A stretch of DNA of 64,000 bases from a virus. The stretch's first letter is position 1. The number at the start of each line of letters is the position of its first letter. The notes under the pieces are model-generated. The model was not told where the DNA came from, searched no databases, and saw nothing but the letters and a program-made list of their open reading frames with translations. Below, one piece after another: positions 46,450 to 55,304 of the stretch. Where the stretch lies: positions 38,000 through 101,999 of the IMG/VR virus record IMGVR_UViG_3300047564_002353; one strand, written 5' to 3'. Made by a program: the position numbers and the translations under genes.

Positions 46450-46640
46450 CCGGTTAGCACTTTCCTGAAAGTGCCGGGTGGGACACGTTAGTTATCCCGG
46501 TTGGCTAGGCTACCGTTAGCGCAATGCAGAGCAGAGCACCTAGATATCCGGACACAACCGGTAGCACGATACGCTGAAACAAATGTGGACAGGGAAACAA
46601 CTCCAGCATAGGGGCGATGATTGGAACCACGTGGCCTAAG
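46450..46640 (+). ncRNA. Candidate structured RNA
   Basis: About 200 nt GC-richer intergenic gap with several complementary stems. Confidence 0.4.
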
Positions 46641-46663
46641 CAACTAACATTAAGGAGCTAATT

Positions 46664-47053
46664 ATGCCTAAAGCACAACCAGTAGAAGTTATTGACCTGC
46701 CCGAACTACGTAGCCTGGATATCAACGAAATGTTTGATGCTATGGACGAACTTGATTGCCCTATTGATATGATTAACGAGCGATTGATCCTAGACGGTGC
46801 ATATGGCTATCAATCAGCCACAGAAGGCATCCTCAATCACGAGAAATTCTACGACATCACCGACGACGAATACCAAGCCTGTGATGCGGGTATTCAGGCT
46901 GCAATGAAAGCCGTGAATGCTACACTGCGTCGCATGAATGTAGACTACGAGATTGTAGAAGTAGATCTCGCAGAAAGTATGGGCTTCATGTTGGTTGCTA
47001 AAGATGCAACAGCCAAGCAGGTTGCTAAAAATATAAAGAAAGGTCGGATCTAA
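46664..47053 (+). CDS. Early hypothetical protein
   Basis: AAGGAG RBS. Confidence 0.7.
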   Translation: MPKAQPVEVIDLPELRSLDINEMFDAMDELDCPIDMINERLILDGAYGYQSATEGILNHEKFYDITDDEYQACDAGIQAAMKAVNATLRRMNVDYEIVEVDLAESMGFMLVAKDATAKQVAKNIKKGRI

Positions 47054-47117
47054 ATCGGTTGACAACCCAGCACCTTGATGCTATAATTACTACATACTGA
47101 AACAACAGGAGCAGACG

Positions 47118-47312
47118 ATGGGCTACAAGGTACTGGGCAACTACGAAGACGTCATGCAAGGATATGGTCCCCGCAAAGGACTGGAAGGCCCAATGAACTT
47201 TAACGGTCGTGTGGTCTACTACGATGTCCGAGAAGGCAAATACTGGGACCCACGCACCGACTTCTATCTCAGCCACTCAGAAGCATTGGAGATGTATGAA
47301 CTACGCACCTAA
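47118..47312 (+). CDS. Early protein (GLEGP...YYD..EG.YWDP.TD type)
   Basis: Promoter 47059 and RBS. Confidence 0.75.
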   Translation: MGYKVLGNYEDVMQGYGPRKGLEGPMNFNGRVVYYDVREGKYWDPRTDFYLSHSEALEMYELRT

Positions 47313-47775
47313 ACCCTACTATCGTGTATCAATGAACCGCAAACGTCAGATCATTGATGCCACCCTAGACGAGTTGCATACCTTGCAACTGGATATGATT
47401 GACCAAGCAGTAGAGTATTCTGATCTACAAGAAGCCAAGGAATTGATCGACTGGATCCGTAAGCTATGACAGTATCAACAGTTGACTGTGTTGCTATTAT
47501 TGCAATACTGCTGGTTCTGGCAGTGGGCTTGATCCTTGCTGGTTACGAATTAGCACATCTACTCATAGGCTGATATGTGGCTGCTTCTAACTATAGTATT
47601 AATCAATGGCGTACCAGACTTCATGGTCCTTGCAAAAACTACAACAATGACTGAATGCTTGAACTTGCTGAAAAAACAACCCAAGGATCCTAGTATGCAT
47701 TGTATCTACGCGAATTCGGTTGACAAATAGCCCTAGTTTTGCTATACTGTTGAAACTGTAAACAAGGAGCGAACT

Positions 47776-48114
47776 ATGTTGCTAGTCATTCAAACCCAAA
47801 ACCAAGAAAACTACGGCGCACACGACTGGGACGGCCGTGGCGAGTGCCCACAGTACTGGAAGTTCAAGGGCGGTAACGAAATCAAGGTCCAGGGCGTAGA
47901 AGTGGGCATGGACTACCAGCAGATCGTAGAAAGCCTGCGTGGCCAAATCGAAGAAAACACCAACTTCTACCGCGTGTCAATCATAGGCTACAGTGTAGAA
48001 GCTGACAGCTACCTCAGCTGGTTCGAGCAGAGCCAACTGGACTACGATGGCGAGATTCTGTTCAAAGAACCTGTGATTGAATATCAAAAAACGGTTGACA
48101 AACTGGCTGTTTGA
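47776..48114 (+). CDS. Early protein (ENYGAHDWDG...YWKFKGG type)
   Basis: Promoter 47720, AGGAGCGAACTATG. Confidence 0.75.
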   Translation: MLLVIQTQNQENYGAHDWDGRGECPQYWKFKGGNEIKVQGVEVGMDYQQIVESLRGQIEENTNFYRVSIIGYSVEADSYLSWFEQSQLDYDGEILFKEPVIEYQKTVDKLAV

Positions 48115-48152
48115 TAGTATTATATAAACACTGTAAACAAGGAGCAAATGAA

Positions 48153-48344
48153 ATGAACGATACTGCAATTTTCCGTGTAATGGGCGTACTGCAACTGCTA
48201 ATCGCCTTTATTAACTTCTACGTGGCCAATCAGGCACTGGCAGCCGGCACAGATGCCCTGAACATTGCTGTGGCTGCTGCACTGACTATGACCGGCGTGT
48301 TCTGCACTGTGGTTGGTGCTAAAATGTTTGGATGGTTGAACTAA
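48153..48344 (+). CDS. Small membrane protein
   Basis: Two TM segments; promoter 48095. Confidence 0.6.
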   Translation: MNDTAIFRVMGVLQLLIAFINFYVANQALAAGTDALNIAVAAALTMTGVFCTVVGAKMFGWLN

Positions 48345-48662
48345 TGGGCAAGTTCTTCTTAGGCGTACTGGTCACCCTGGCTATTATGTATCCTGTGGCC
48401 ACTAAGCATTACTTTGGTACAGCAGTGGATACAACCAACGCCGTTGTAAAACATACACTGGAAAAACCCATTGACAAATAAACAAAAAGACTGTATTATA
48501 CACACACTAACTGAACGGAGCGAACTATGTATTCTAAATTTATTATCCGACTGCTGGACGCGATCCCAACGCCTACTCCAGAGCAGGGCGACCGTGCAGT
48601 AAACTTGACCCTGGCTTTTGTAGCAGGATTTATTGTGGCAATGTTGGCTTTTGGAGGTTAAT

Positions 48663-48881
48663 ATGATGACTTACGAACAAGCAATTCAAACTGTGGCACA
48701 GGCACGTGAAGACTTTATGAATCGCCGCCCTACACTGGCCTACGTTCCAGAAACTAGCATCGCACTGTTCTACGGTAAGGACGTTGAACTGGTGCAGCTG
48801 GACTTGCTCATGGCACAACGAGCAATTGAAGCAGCAGAAAGCGTACCCAATTTCCTGCGTAAGGACTTGACAGCAGCATAA
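48663..48881 (+). CDS. Small early protein
   Basis: GGAGG RBS. Confidence 0.6.
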   Translation: MMTYEQAIQTVAQAREDFMNRRPTLAYVPETSIALFYGKDVELVQLDLLMAQRAIEAAESVPNFLRKDLTAA

Positions 48882-48960
48882 ACATCAGTTATAATATCGA
48901 CTACACACTAGCAATAGTGTGTAGCAATATTCTAACTAACACAGAGCGAAAGAGCGAACT

Positions 48961-49782
48961 ATGATGAATTTGGAAATCCCCAAGCTGGGCAAAAAGGCAG
49001 CAGAAACTAACGAACAGATCAAACAGCGTCTGCGTGATCGTTTTGAAATACTTAACGATATGACTCGTGCTGTTAAGAAGGGCGATGTACGTGCTATGAT
49101 CGTCACAGGCCCACCAGGCGTAGGCAAAAGCTTTGGCATTGAAGAAGTCTTGGGCAAGCACGACTTGATGGCGAACATTGCTAACAACACCAAGCTCAAG
49201 AAGTACGAAGTGGTCAAAGGTGCTATGAGTGCGTTGGGCTTGTATGCTAAACTCTACGAGTACAAAGACCCTAAGTCAATCCTAGTGTTCGACGACTGTG
49301 ATAGTGTACTGCAAGACGAACTGAGTCTTAACATTCTCAAGGCAGCACTGGATACATCAAAGAAGCGTATGATCCATTGGAACACAGACAGCCGTCTACT
49401 GCGTGATCAGGGCGCACCAAATAGCTTTGAGTTCAAGGGCGGTGCTATCTTTATCACTAACATTAAGTTTGAGAATGTACGTAGCAAGAAGCTGCGTGAT
49501 CACTTGGAAGCCTTGGAGTCACGCTGCCACTACTTGGATCTTACTATTGATACAGAGCGTGAGAAGATGCTGCGTATCGAACAGATCGTAGAAGATGGTA
49601 TGCTCACAGAGTATGAGTTTAGCACAGAAGAGCAAGCAGAGTTGATTCACTTTATTGACTCTAATAAGAAGAACCTACGCGAACTGTCACTGCGTACAGT
49701 ACTAAAGATAGCGGACTTGCGTCGTAGCTTTCCGCATAAGTGGCAGAGCGTAGCAGAGGTTACCTGTATGCGCCGCGGTTGA
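48961..49782 (+). CDS. AAA+ ATPase
   Basis: Walker A GPPGVGKS, Walker B LVFDDCD, sensor IFITN, Arg finger ALESR. Confidence 0.9.
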   Translation: MMNLEIPKLGKKAAETNEQIKQRLRDRFEILNDMTRAVKKGDVRAMIVTGPPGVGKSFGIEEVLGKHDLMANIANNTKLKKYEVVKGAMSALGLYAKLYEYKDPKSILVFDDCDSVLQDELSLNILKAALDTSKKRMIHWNTDSRLLRDQGAPNSFEFKGGAIFITNIKFENVRSKKLRDHLEALESRCHYLDLTIDTEREKMLRIEQIVEDGMLTEYEFSTEEQAELIHFIDSNKKNLRELSLRTVLKIADLRRSFPHKWQSVAEVTCMRRG

Positions 49783-49872
49783 TTCGCTCCCAACCAGCAT
49801 ACTGAGTAAGGGCCATCGTGGCCCACTTGATCCCCAGATGTCCGATTCGCTCCCGGCTCTGGGGATTTTTTT
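49777..49872 (+). ncRNA. Three-hairpin 3' RNA/terminator with two ATTCGCTCC loops
   Basis: GGTTG-attcgctcc-CAACC; GGGCCA-tcg-TGGCCC; ATCCCCAGA..CCG-attcgctcc-CGG..TCTGGGGAT followed by a T-run. Confidence 0.65.
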
Positions 49873-50071
49873 CCTCTCGAGGTTGAGAAAATATTTTCGA
49901 AATGGTAGGGGGCCCGGGGCTTTATATTTTCTTTTTAGTTGCAATTTTTATAAACTGGTATAGGTGCAAAATCACCACCCCGAAAGGAAATAGTAGCTAT
50001 TTTAAAATTTTCGCGCGGAATTTTTTTAAACCCTGCAGGACCAATTCGGGTAAATTTCACTAAGTATTGTT

Positions 50072-50275
50072 ATGCAATATTGTTATCGTTACTGGGCGTG
50101 GACTACTGAAATACGTGACTCTGAAGCAGAGTTAATGCGTGATTTACAGTTATGGCATTGTGAAATAGAACGTAAAGGTGACAGTATCACTGTATGGGTC
50201 CCCGAATCTGCTCTAGCATTATTTCAGATCAAGTATCCTACAATGAATCCATATCCTGTGTTTGACCGTTATTAG
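50072..50275 (+). CDS. F-x-L-K/R-W family small protein
   Basis: TAAGTA upstream; ALALFQIKYP. Confidence 0.6.
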   Translation: MQYCYRYWAWTTEIRDSEAELMRDLQLWHCEIERKGDSITVWVPESALALFQIKYPTMNPYPVFDRY

Positions 50276-50909
50276 CCCAATATTCTGGTCGCACAAATTG
50301 TTTAAACCATGGGTTAGTCAATTCTTTTCTTGTTAAATCTCTGTAGTATTGTTGTTGTTCTACAGTAATATCTGTAAAGTATTCATAGGGACAAGGATCC
50401 AGCACCATGGTCAGTGTTATTCTAGGTGTAGGGTTGTTTGCTGCAAAATCCACACTGTGTATTTCCATAGGTCTAATCAATGTAGGTTCTATGATTTCAC
50501 AACAGTCCACTAGTTCAAGATCTTGTTCGTCGTAGTGCAAGTATTGCAGACCATTGGGTAATTGTTTAATTTTCACTGGATCTTGCGGTGTATTAAACTG
50601 ATAGAAGTTAGTCCAAGTATTAGCAGTGTTCAATATAGGCACATTCACACGTATAGGAATTGTAGTATGATCTCTATGTGGTCTAGCATTTTGATTGTGC
50701 TGCATAAAATAAGCACAGACCTGTATGACCTTCATGTTTAAATGATCAAATGCTGTCTGTATTTCAGGTACGTGATCAACAAATTCTTGCCATTTAAATA
50801 TATGGAATGGACTAGTATACTGTTCTTTAGTTTGTTTTATGTATGCTAGAGTATTAGTTTGAATTTCAGCTAGATGTTGTATGCTAATTCTAGACCAGTA
50901 AGTTTTCAT
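50238..50909 (-). CDS. Cupin/2OG-Fe(II) oxygenase-like protein
   Basis: PHRD, RVNVPILN, distal IHSV, R.TL. Confidence 0.6.
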   Translation of the reverse strand: MKTYWSRISIQHLAEIQTNTLAYIKQTKEQYTSPFHIFKWQEFVDHVPEIQTAFDHLNMKVIQVCAYFMQHNQNARPHRDHTTIPIRVNVPILNTANTWTNFYQFNTPQDPVKIKQLPNGLQYLHYDEQDLELVDCCEIIEPTLIRPMEIHSVDFAANNPTPRITLTMVLDPCPYEYFTDITVEQQQYYRDLTRKELTNPWFKQFVRPEYWANNGQTQDMDSL

Positions 50910-50955
50910 GTGTTTACTTATCTACAGCGTAGCTTCTCACTGAATTTATACACAG

Positions 50956-51207
50956 TCAATCCTTGACAAAGCCACGTTGACGCCATTGTTTAGTCTGTTC
51001 GTTGAGCCAATACTGTTTAAAGTCTTCTTTGGATTTAAATGTTTTTTGGAATTCTTCGGTGATCTGTAAGCAGGTCCACATATCCTGCCCGCCCAATTCG
51101 CCTTTCATGAACATGGTATCGCAGTCCCAGTAGAAGCTTTCCAGTACGTCTCGGGGTAGATCTTGCAGTGTCATAGCTGCTGTGAGGAACATGATAGGTA
51201 GTAGCAT
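50956..51207 (-). CDS. Small exported protein
   Basis: TATAAATA and AAGGAG; signal-like N-terminus; FYWDCD. Confidence 0.6.
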   Translation of the reverse strand: MLLPIMFLTAAMTLQDLPRDVLESFYWDCDTMFMKGELGGQDMWTCLQITEEFQKTFKSKEDFKQYWLNEQTKQWRQRGFVKD

Positions 51208-51301
51208 GGCTGCTCCTTAAACAGTTATTTATAGGTATGTAAAAATCTTCTGCTGCTGCGCTGACGCTTCGCGCTATACTCTAGCGCGGCGACCCTGCGG
51301 G

Positions 51302-52051
51302 TTACTGTGATCTACGTTCCGGACCATAGCGCACATCATCATAGTCTGGAATGCTTTTACCGCCATCACTAATAGGATCCATTAAGACCAATTGTGGTCC
51401 AGTGCTAGATCCACGTACACGTATGTTATTACCGTGTAGGTCTACATCCCATTCTGGATTCTCTTGTAGGATTTTATCTATCAACATTAGTGCTTCTCGT
51501 AGTTGATCATCTCTAATGTTAGTATAGTTACTGCGTTCCACAGCGAGATTAACTTCGTGTGCTATTTCTTGCCATACAGCATAGCTAGGATTAGCATAAT
51601 TGCTAAAGTCTTTTTTTGTAATATCATCGTAGAACAGTCGTTCGTACATACCTTCAAGAGCTTCTTGCGGATAGTTGTCGCCTGATTGTAATTTTTCTAT
51701 ACGATATCTGGGACGTTGATTGCCTTTAGGGTCTTGTGTGATATCTACGTTATAGACCTGTGGAAAGAATGGATTACTGTATCCTGCTTTCTTTAAACTA
51801 TTAATTTCTTTAACATAAGCGTAGTAAGCATCTTTGTCCATCAAACTAGTAAGATGCGGTTTCTTTACAAATTCGTGTGGGTCACGCGGATTAGTTTGTC
51901 CACCACTATACCATCCTGGTTGTACACCTTTATCAGGGTCAGGATCACGTTCACTACGATCTTTCATAGTGTCGTAGTCGAAGTTGGGTTCACGACGACG
52001 TACACGTATATCTGTAACGTCGTATTCTTGTATAACTTCTAGTATGCGCAT
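51302..52051 (-). CDS. Protein-kinase-like fold protein
   Basis: FVKK, FPQVY, IEKL hinge, DLHGNN catalytic loop, LVLMDP. Confidence 0.6.
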   Translation of the reverse strand: MRILEVIQEYDVTDIRVRRREPNFDYDTMKDRSERDPDPDKGVQPGWYSGGQTNPRDPHEFVKKPHLTSLMDKDAYYAYVKEINSLKKAGYSNPFFPQVYNVDITQDPKGNQRPRYRIEKLQSGDNYPQEALEGMYERLFYDDITKKDFSNYANPSYAVWQEIAHEVNLAVERSNYTNIRDDQLREALMLIDKILQENPEWDVDLHGNNIRVRGSSTGPQLVLMDPISDGGKSIPDYDDVRYGPERRSQ

Positions 52052-52143
52052 TTAATCGTATTTATCGTAGTCTATATTTTTAAATATCAGTATAATACAG
52101 AACACTGCTAACATGGCTATTATGAGGTCTGACAGATCGAACA

Positions 52144-53271
52144 TTAGTTTATTCCTTTATTTGTATATTCTTCAAACCATTGTGCCAGTTCTGGATTAAC
52201 CATGGCCAATGTTTCGTTTCTTACCCTATCCAATGACTGATTAAATTTTAAAAACAGTTCAGGATCTCCTTGCACAGTCAATTGACGTTTGATCAGTAAT
52301 TTCCACTGTGGAACTCTTGAACTGGTAGTATAATCTAATCTATCTATCAGTATATGTTTAACGGATTCGGGGATATGTTTCACGGTCATCCATTCTGGTC
52401 CGTCGATCATAGCAAAAGTGAATTTAACTGTAGGGAAGTTTTTAGTTATAAAGTTAGACAGCGTGTCCAAGCAGTTAACATTGTAGATAGATATTACACT
52501 GTAGACTTCAACTTTTTTCCATGTAAGAGTATAATATTTTAAATTTTCTACCACTGTGTCCCATTGACTGCCTTTACGCAGATAGTCGTTCAATTTTCCA
52601 TAGGCATCTATACTTAACACCCAATTAACTGCTGCACATTGTTCAAGCAACACTACTAGTTCGTTATCAGGTTTAACTGTGCAGTTTGTGATTATATCCA
52701 GAGTAAGTTGTGATCTGTTGCATTTAAGTAAGAATTTTTTTATTCTATCCTGCTCCAGCATGGGTTCACCGCCCACTATTTTAGCGTTGACCAATGAAGT
52801 AAAATCTGTATTTTCAATATAGTCGTCTATATTTTTCACACCTCTATCAAAGGGCATGTTTAATTTTATTGCATCCGGATACCAATATGTGCTCAGTTGC
52901 GGAGTACACATTCTGCATTTGTTATTACATAAATTGCTAAAAGCAAGGTCAATACTTTGTAACTTTGCAGTAGTTGGTATTTCAAAACGTTTATTTTCTT
53001 TTTTTTGATAGAAGTCAATTTTTTCTAATCGTAGACTATAATTCAAGCTGATTTCATCTATGTAGCATTTTGAGCATTCGACCACAGTTTTACCTTGCCG
53101 TACTTGATTTCTCACAGATTCTAAGTAAGGGTGATTGAACCAATTTTTATTATTGATATTTAAATCTTCGGGTAATTGTTTAGGGTTAAAATAGCAACAG
53201 GGATAAATTTTTCCATCAGGGCGAACATGTCCGTGATAAAATAGCAGTGGGCATTGGGATTTACTTGTCAT
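52144..53271 (-). CDS. Radical SAM protein with N-terminal twitch/SPASM-like domain
   Basis: CNNKCRMC, GGEP, SIDA...YLR; N-terminal C...PCC...C..C. Confidence 0.85.
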   Translation of the reverse strand: MTSKSQCPLLFYHGHVRPDGKIYPCCYFNPKQLPEDLNINNKNWFNHPYLESVRNQVRQGKTVVECSKCYIDEISLNYSLRLEKIDFYQKKENKRFEIPTTAKLQSIDLAFSNLCNNKCRMCTPQLSTYWYPDAIKLNMPFDRGVKNIDDYIENTDFTSLVNAKIVGGEPMLEQDRIKKFLLKCNRSQLTLDIITNCTVKPDNELVVLLEQCAAVNWVLSIDAYGKLNDYLRKGSQWDTVVENLKYYTLTWKKVEVYSVISIYNVNCLDTLSNFITKNFPTVKFTFAMIDGPEWMTVKHIPESVKHILIDRLDYTTSSRVPQWKLLIKRQLTVQGDPELFLKFNQSLDRVRNETLAMVNPELAQWFEEYTNKGIN

Positions 53272-53328
53272 CCGTTATTTATTTTAGGGTACTGGGCATG
53301 AAATAAATAATATTCTAAAGGAGAATGT

Positions 53329-54141
53329 ATGAATCAAATGTTAATAGACAGCGTAAGAAGATTAGTCGGAACAAATAATCCTAGAGCTGTGGATCATTTT
53401 AACAGTGAGTATCCAAAGTGGTATGTAGAGGAAATGCTACGTTTAGGGGAAAAATATCGTAATATACGTTGGTTGCCTTTAGACCTTCCTAAAATTGAAT
53501 TACCTAATTACGATGAGTTTCTAGACTTATTTGATAGGAAAAATGTAGATGTTAAGAGAGTAAGACCATGTGCTGCTGAGCCATGGAGTAAAGAAGATCA
53601 TCCATTAGGCGAAAACAGTAACTATCATAAAGCTCAATTCAAAGGATTGTGTTTTTATTCTAGAGAGCCAGAAAAGTTTTATGATGACAATTATGGTGAA
53701 ATTGCCACATGGACACGTACATATTGTCCTGATCCTATGTTTGATAAGATTGTACAGCAAGTTCATGATACATGGCCGTTTGCCATAGTGAACAATCTTT
53801 ACATTTGGGAAAGTGTAAAGGAAGTATTTCCGCACAGAGATCATACTATGTTTTGGAATCTTCCCACAGAGTTCAGAGCTATGCTGCATGATGAAAACGA
53901 GAAACCAACATTATATGTTGCAGATGTAGAACACGGTGATGCACATTATATTGACTTACCAGAAGATACTAATGTGTTTTGTTGGAGTAATGGTAGTCAA
54001 TTACACGGTAGTGATTTTTTTGGCAAACGTAAGCAATTGATGGTAATCACAGGATTTCTAAGTGTGAAAAAAACTGAAGCACTGATTGATAGAAGTATTG
54101 CCAAATATAAAGATAAATTAAATTATAAGTTAGAAATATAA
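53329..54141 (+). CDS. Cupin/oxygenase-like hypothetical protein
   Basis: PHRDH, F.WSNG..LHG, K.L. Confidence 0.55.
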   Translation: MNQMLIDSVRRLVGTNNPRAVDHFNSEYPKWYVEEMLRLGEKYRNIRWLPLDLPKIELPNYDEFLDLFDRKNVDVKRVRPCAAEPWSKEDHPLGENSNYHKAQFKGLCFYSREPEKFYDDNYGEIATWTRTYCPDPMFDKIVQQVHDTWPFAIVNNLYIWESVKEVFPHRDHTMFWNLPTEFRAMLHDENEKPTLYVADVEHGDAHYIDLPEDTNVFCWSNGSQLHGSDFFGKRKQLMVITGFLSVKKTEALIDRSIAKYKDKLNYKLEI

Positions 54142-54143
54142 AA

Positions 54144-54383
54144 TTATTTCAAACCTTTCTTTTTATTTGACTCTGCTATACCTGACTGAATCATTTTTTT
54201 AAACATCAGCACTACACGATGTTTTTCTTTTTCGCTAAGGATTTTGACTAGTGTAAGTTTATCGTCATAGCTTTTAGCGTTATCAAGAAATTCTGCAGGC
54301 ACGGCCAATTTAGGTTTCTTTTTGGCCATTTCTTTTTTCATACTGGCCAATTGTTTTTTAGCGTCGTCGTTGTCAGTCGTCAT
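54144..54383 (-). CDS. Basic hypothetical protein
   Basis: 79 aa helical ORF. Confidence 0.6.
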   Translation of the reverse strand: MTTDNDDAKKQLASMKKEMAKKKPKLAVPAEFLDNAKSYDDKLTLVKILSEKEKHRVVLMFKKMIQSGIAESNKKKGLK

Positions 54384-54473
54384 AGTTTTCTTCTAGTAGC
54401 CAAAATAGTATTGCTATAACTGCTAGGGCAGACAATATAATTAACAAGTTAATCCACATAGTGTACCTCCTGT

Positions 54474-55256
54474 CTATTTATTGGGTTCGCAGTCTACCCA
54501 TTTTAAATTATTATAATGTTGATAAGGCCAAGATCCTTTAGGTATTACACAGACACCTAGTTCGGGATTATTTTCGATTCTAATTTGTACCACAGCCCAA
54601 ACTAGCCATACAAGGTATAGTATTGCAATAATACTAATGCTCCAGCAGGTTATTTTATATTGTAAGCGTTTTCTACGACGTCTTGCTGCTTTGGCTTTTA
54701 CCTCATTAGCTCGCATCTCAATAGCCACAGCACCGGCCTGCTCTCTGCCCACTATCTTCATCATTTCTTCAACTTCAGTCCATAGAGCACCTAGTTCTGG
54801 CGGACTTTGGTAGACCATGATTTCGCGTAGTTCTGCGCCCATAGCATCTAATTGTTTTCTTAGTAGAACACGCTGTAGAGCACGTTTACCTACGCTGTCT
54901 TCACCGTGATAAACTTCATATTTGCTGCGTCGTTCTTCTTCATCAAATACAGCTCTGCATTTATAAAGATTATCAAAGTATACGCCTAGTTGCTGTCCAA
55001 TTTCTGTATAGATATTGGTAGTATCACCAGCTTGTTTGTTAAGTTCGATGATGCGATTTTTTTCAGTGATATACTGATTTTTTTCCGCAATAGTAGGAGC
55101 ACGGTCTTTAAACTTGTTATGAAATTGATCGTCAAGGTCTTTGAGAACATCTTTAACGTCCCCAGCAGCACCTTTAATATCTTTATAAAGTTTGCAACCT
55201 TCTTTAACCAGTTTGACTGCGCCGTTGGCCAGGGCAAACAGGGTTAACGGGTCCAC
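54474..55256 (-). CDS. Coiled-coil membrane protein
   Basis: MDPLTL.ALA N-terminus, coiled coil, C-terminal TM. Confidence 0.7.
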   Translation of the reverse strand: MDPLTLFALANGAVKLVKEGCKLYKDIKGAAGDVKDVLKDLDDQFHNKFKDRAPTIAEKNQYITEKNRIIELNKQAGDTTNIYTEIGQQLGVYFDNLYKCRAVFDEEERRSKYEVYHGEDSVGKRALQRVLLRKQLDAMGAELREIMVYQSPPELGALWTEVEEMMKIVGREQAGAVAIEMRANEVKAKAARRRRKRLQYKITCWSISIIAILYLVWLVWAVVQIRIENNPELGVCVIPKGSWPYQHYNNLKWVDCEPNK

Positions 55257-55304
55257 GGCCCTCGCTCCTGCATATTTCGCTCCAAATTGTTCGCTCAGTA
55301 ATAT

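Larger units (their letters stand above)
38013..48900 (+). promoter_or_regulatory. Array of about 19 sigma70 early promoters, each leading a 1-5 gene cassette
   Basis: TTGAC(A/T), mostly as GGTTGAC, at 38013, 38238, 38684, 39385, 40328, 41212, 41708, 43081, 44141, 44502, 44752, 45218, 45525, 46134, 47059, 47720, 48095, 48471, 48867; most followed by TATAAT/TATACT/TATTAT, an ACAC-rich leader and AGGAGC. Confidence 0.85.

Noticed and set aside
46450-46640. Hammerhead ribozyme
   Set aside because: No CUGANGA core in the required arrangement
38000-49000. Integron cassette array
   Set aside because: The repeats are promoter/RBS motifs, not attC sites, and no integrase is present
49777-49872. CsrB/RsmZ-like GGA-loop RNA on the minus strand
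   Set aside because: The U-run and upstream promoter favour the plus strand and no minus-strand promoter was evident; not fully excluded
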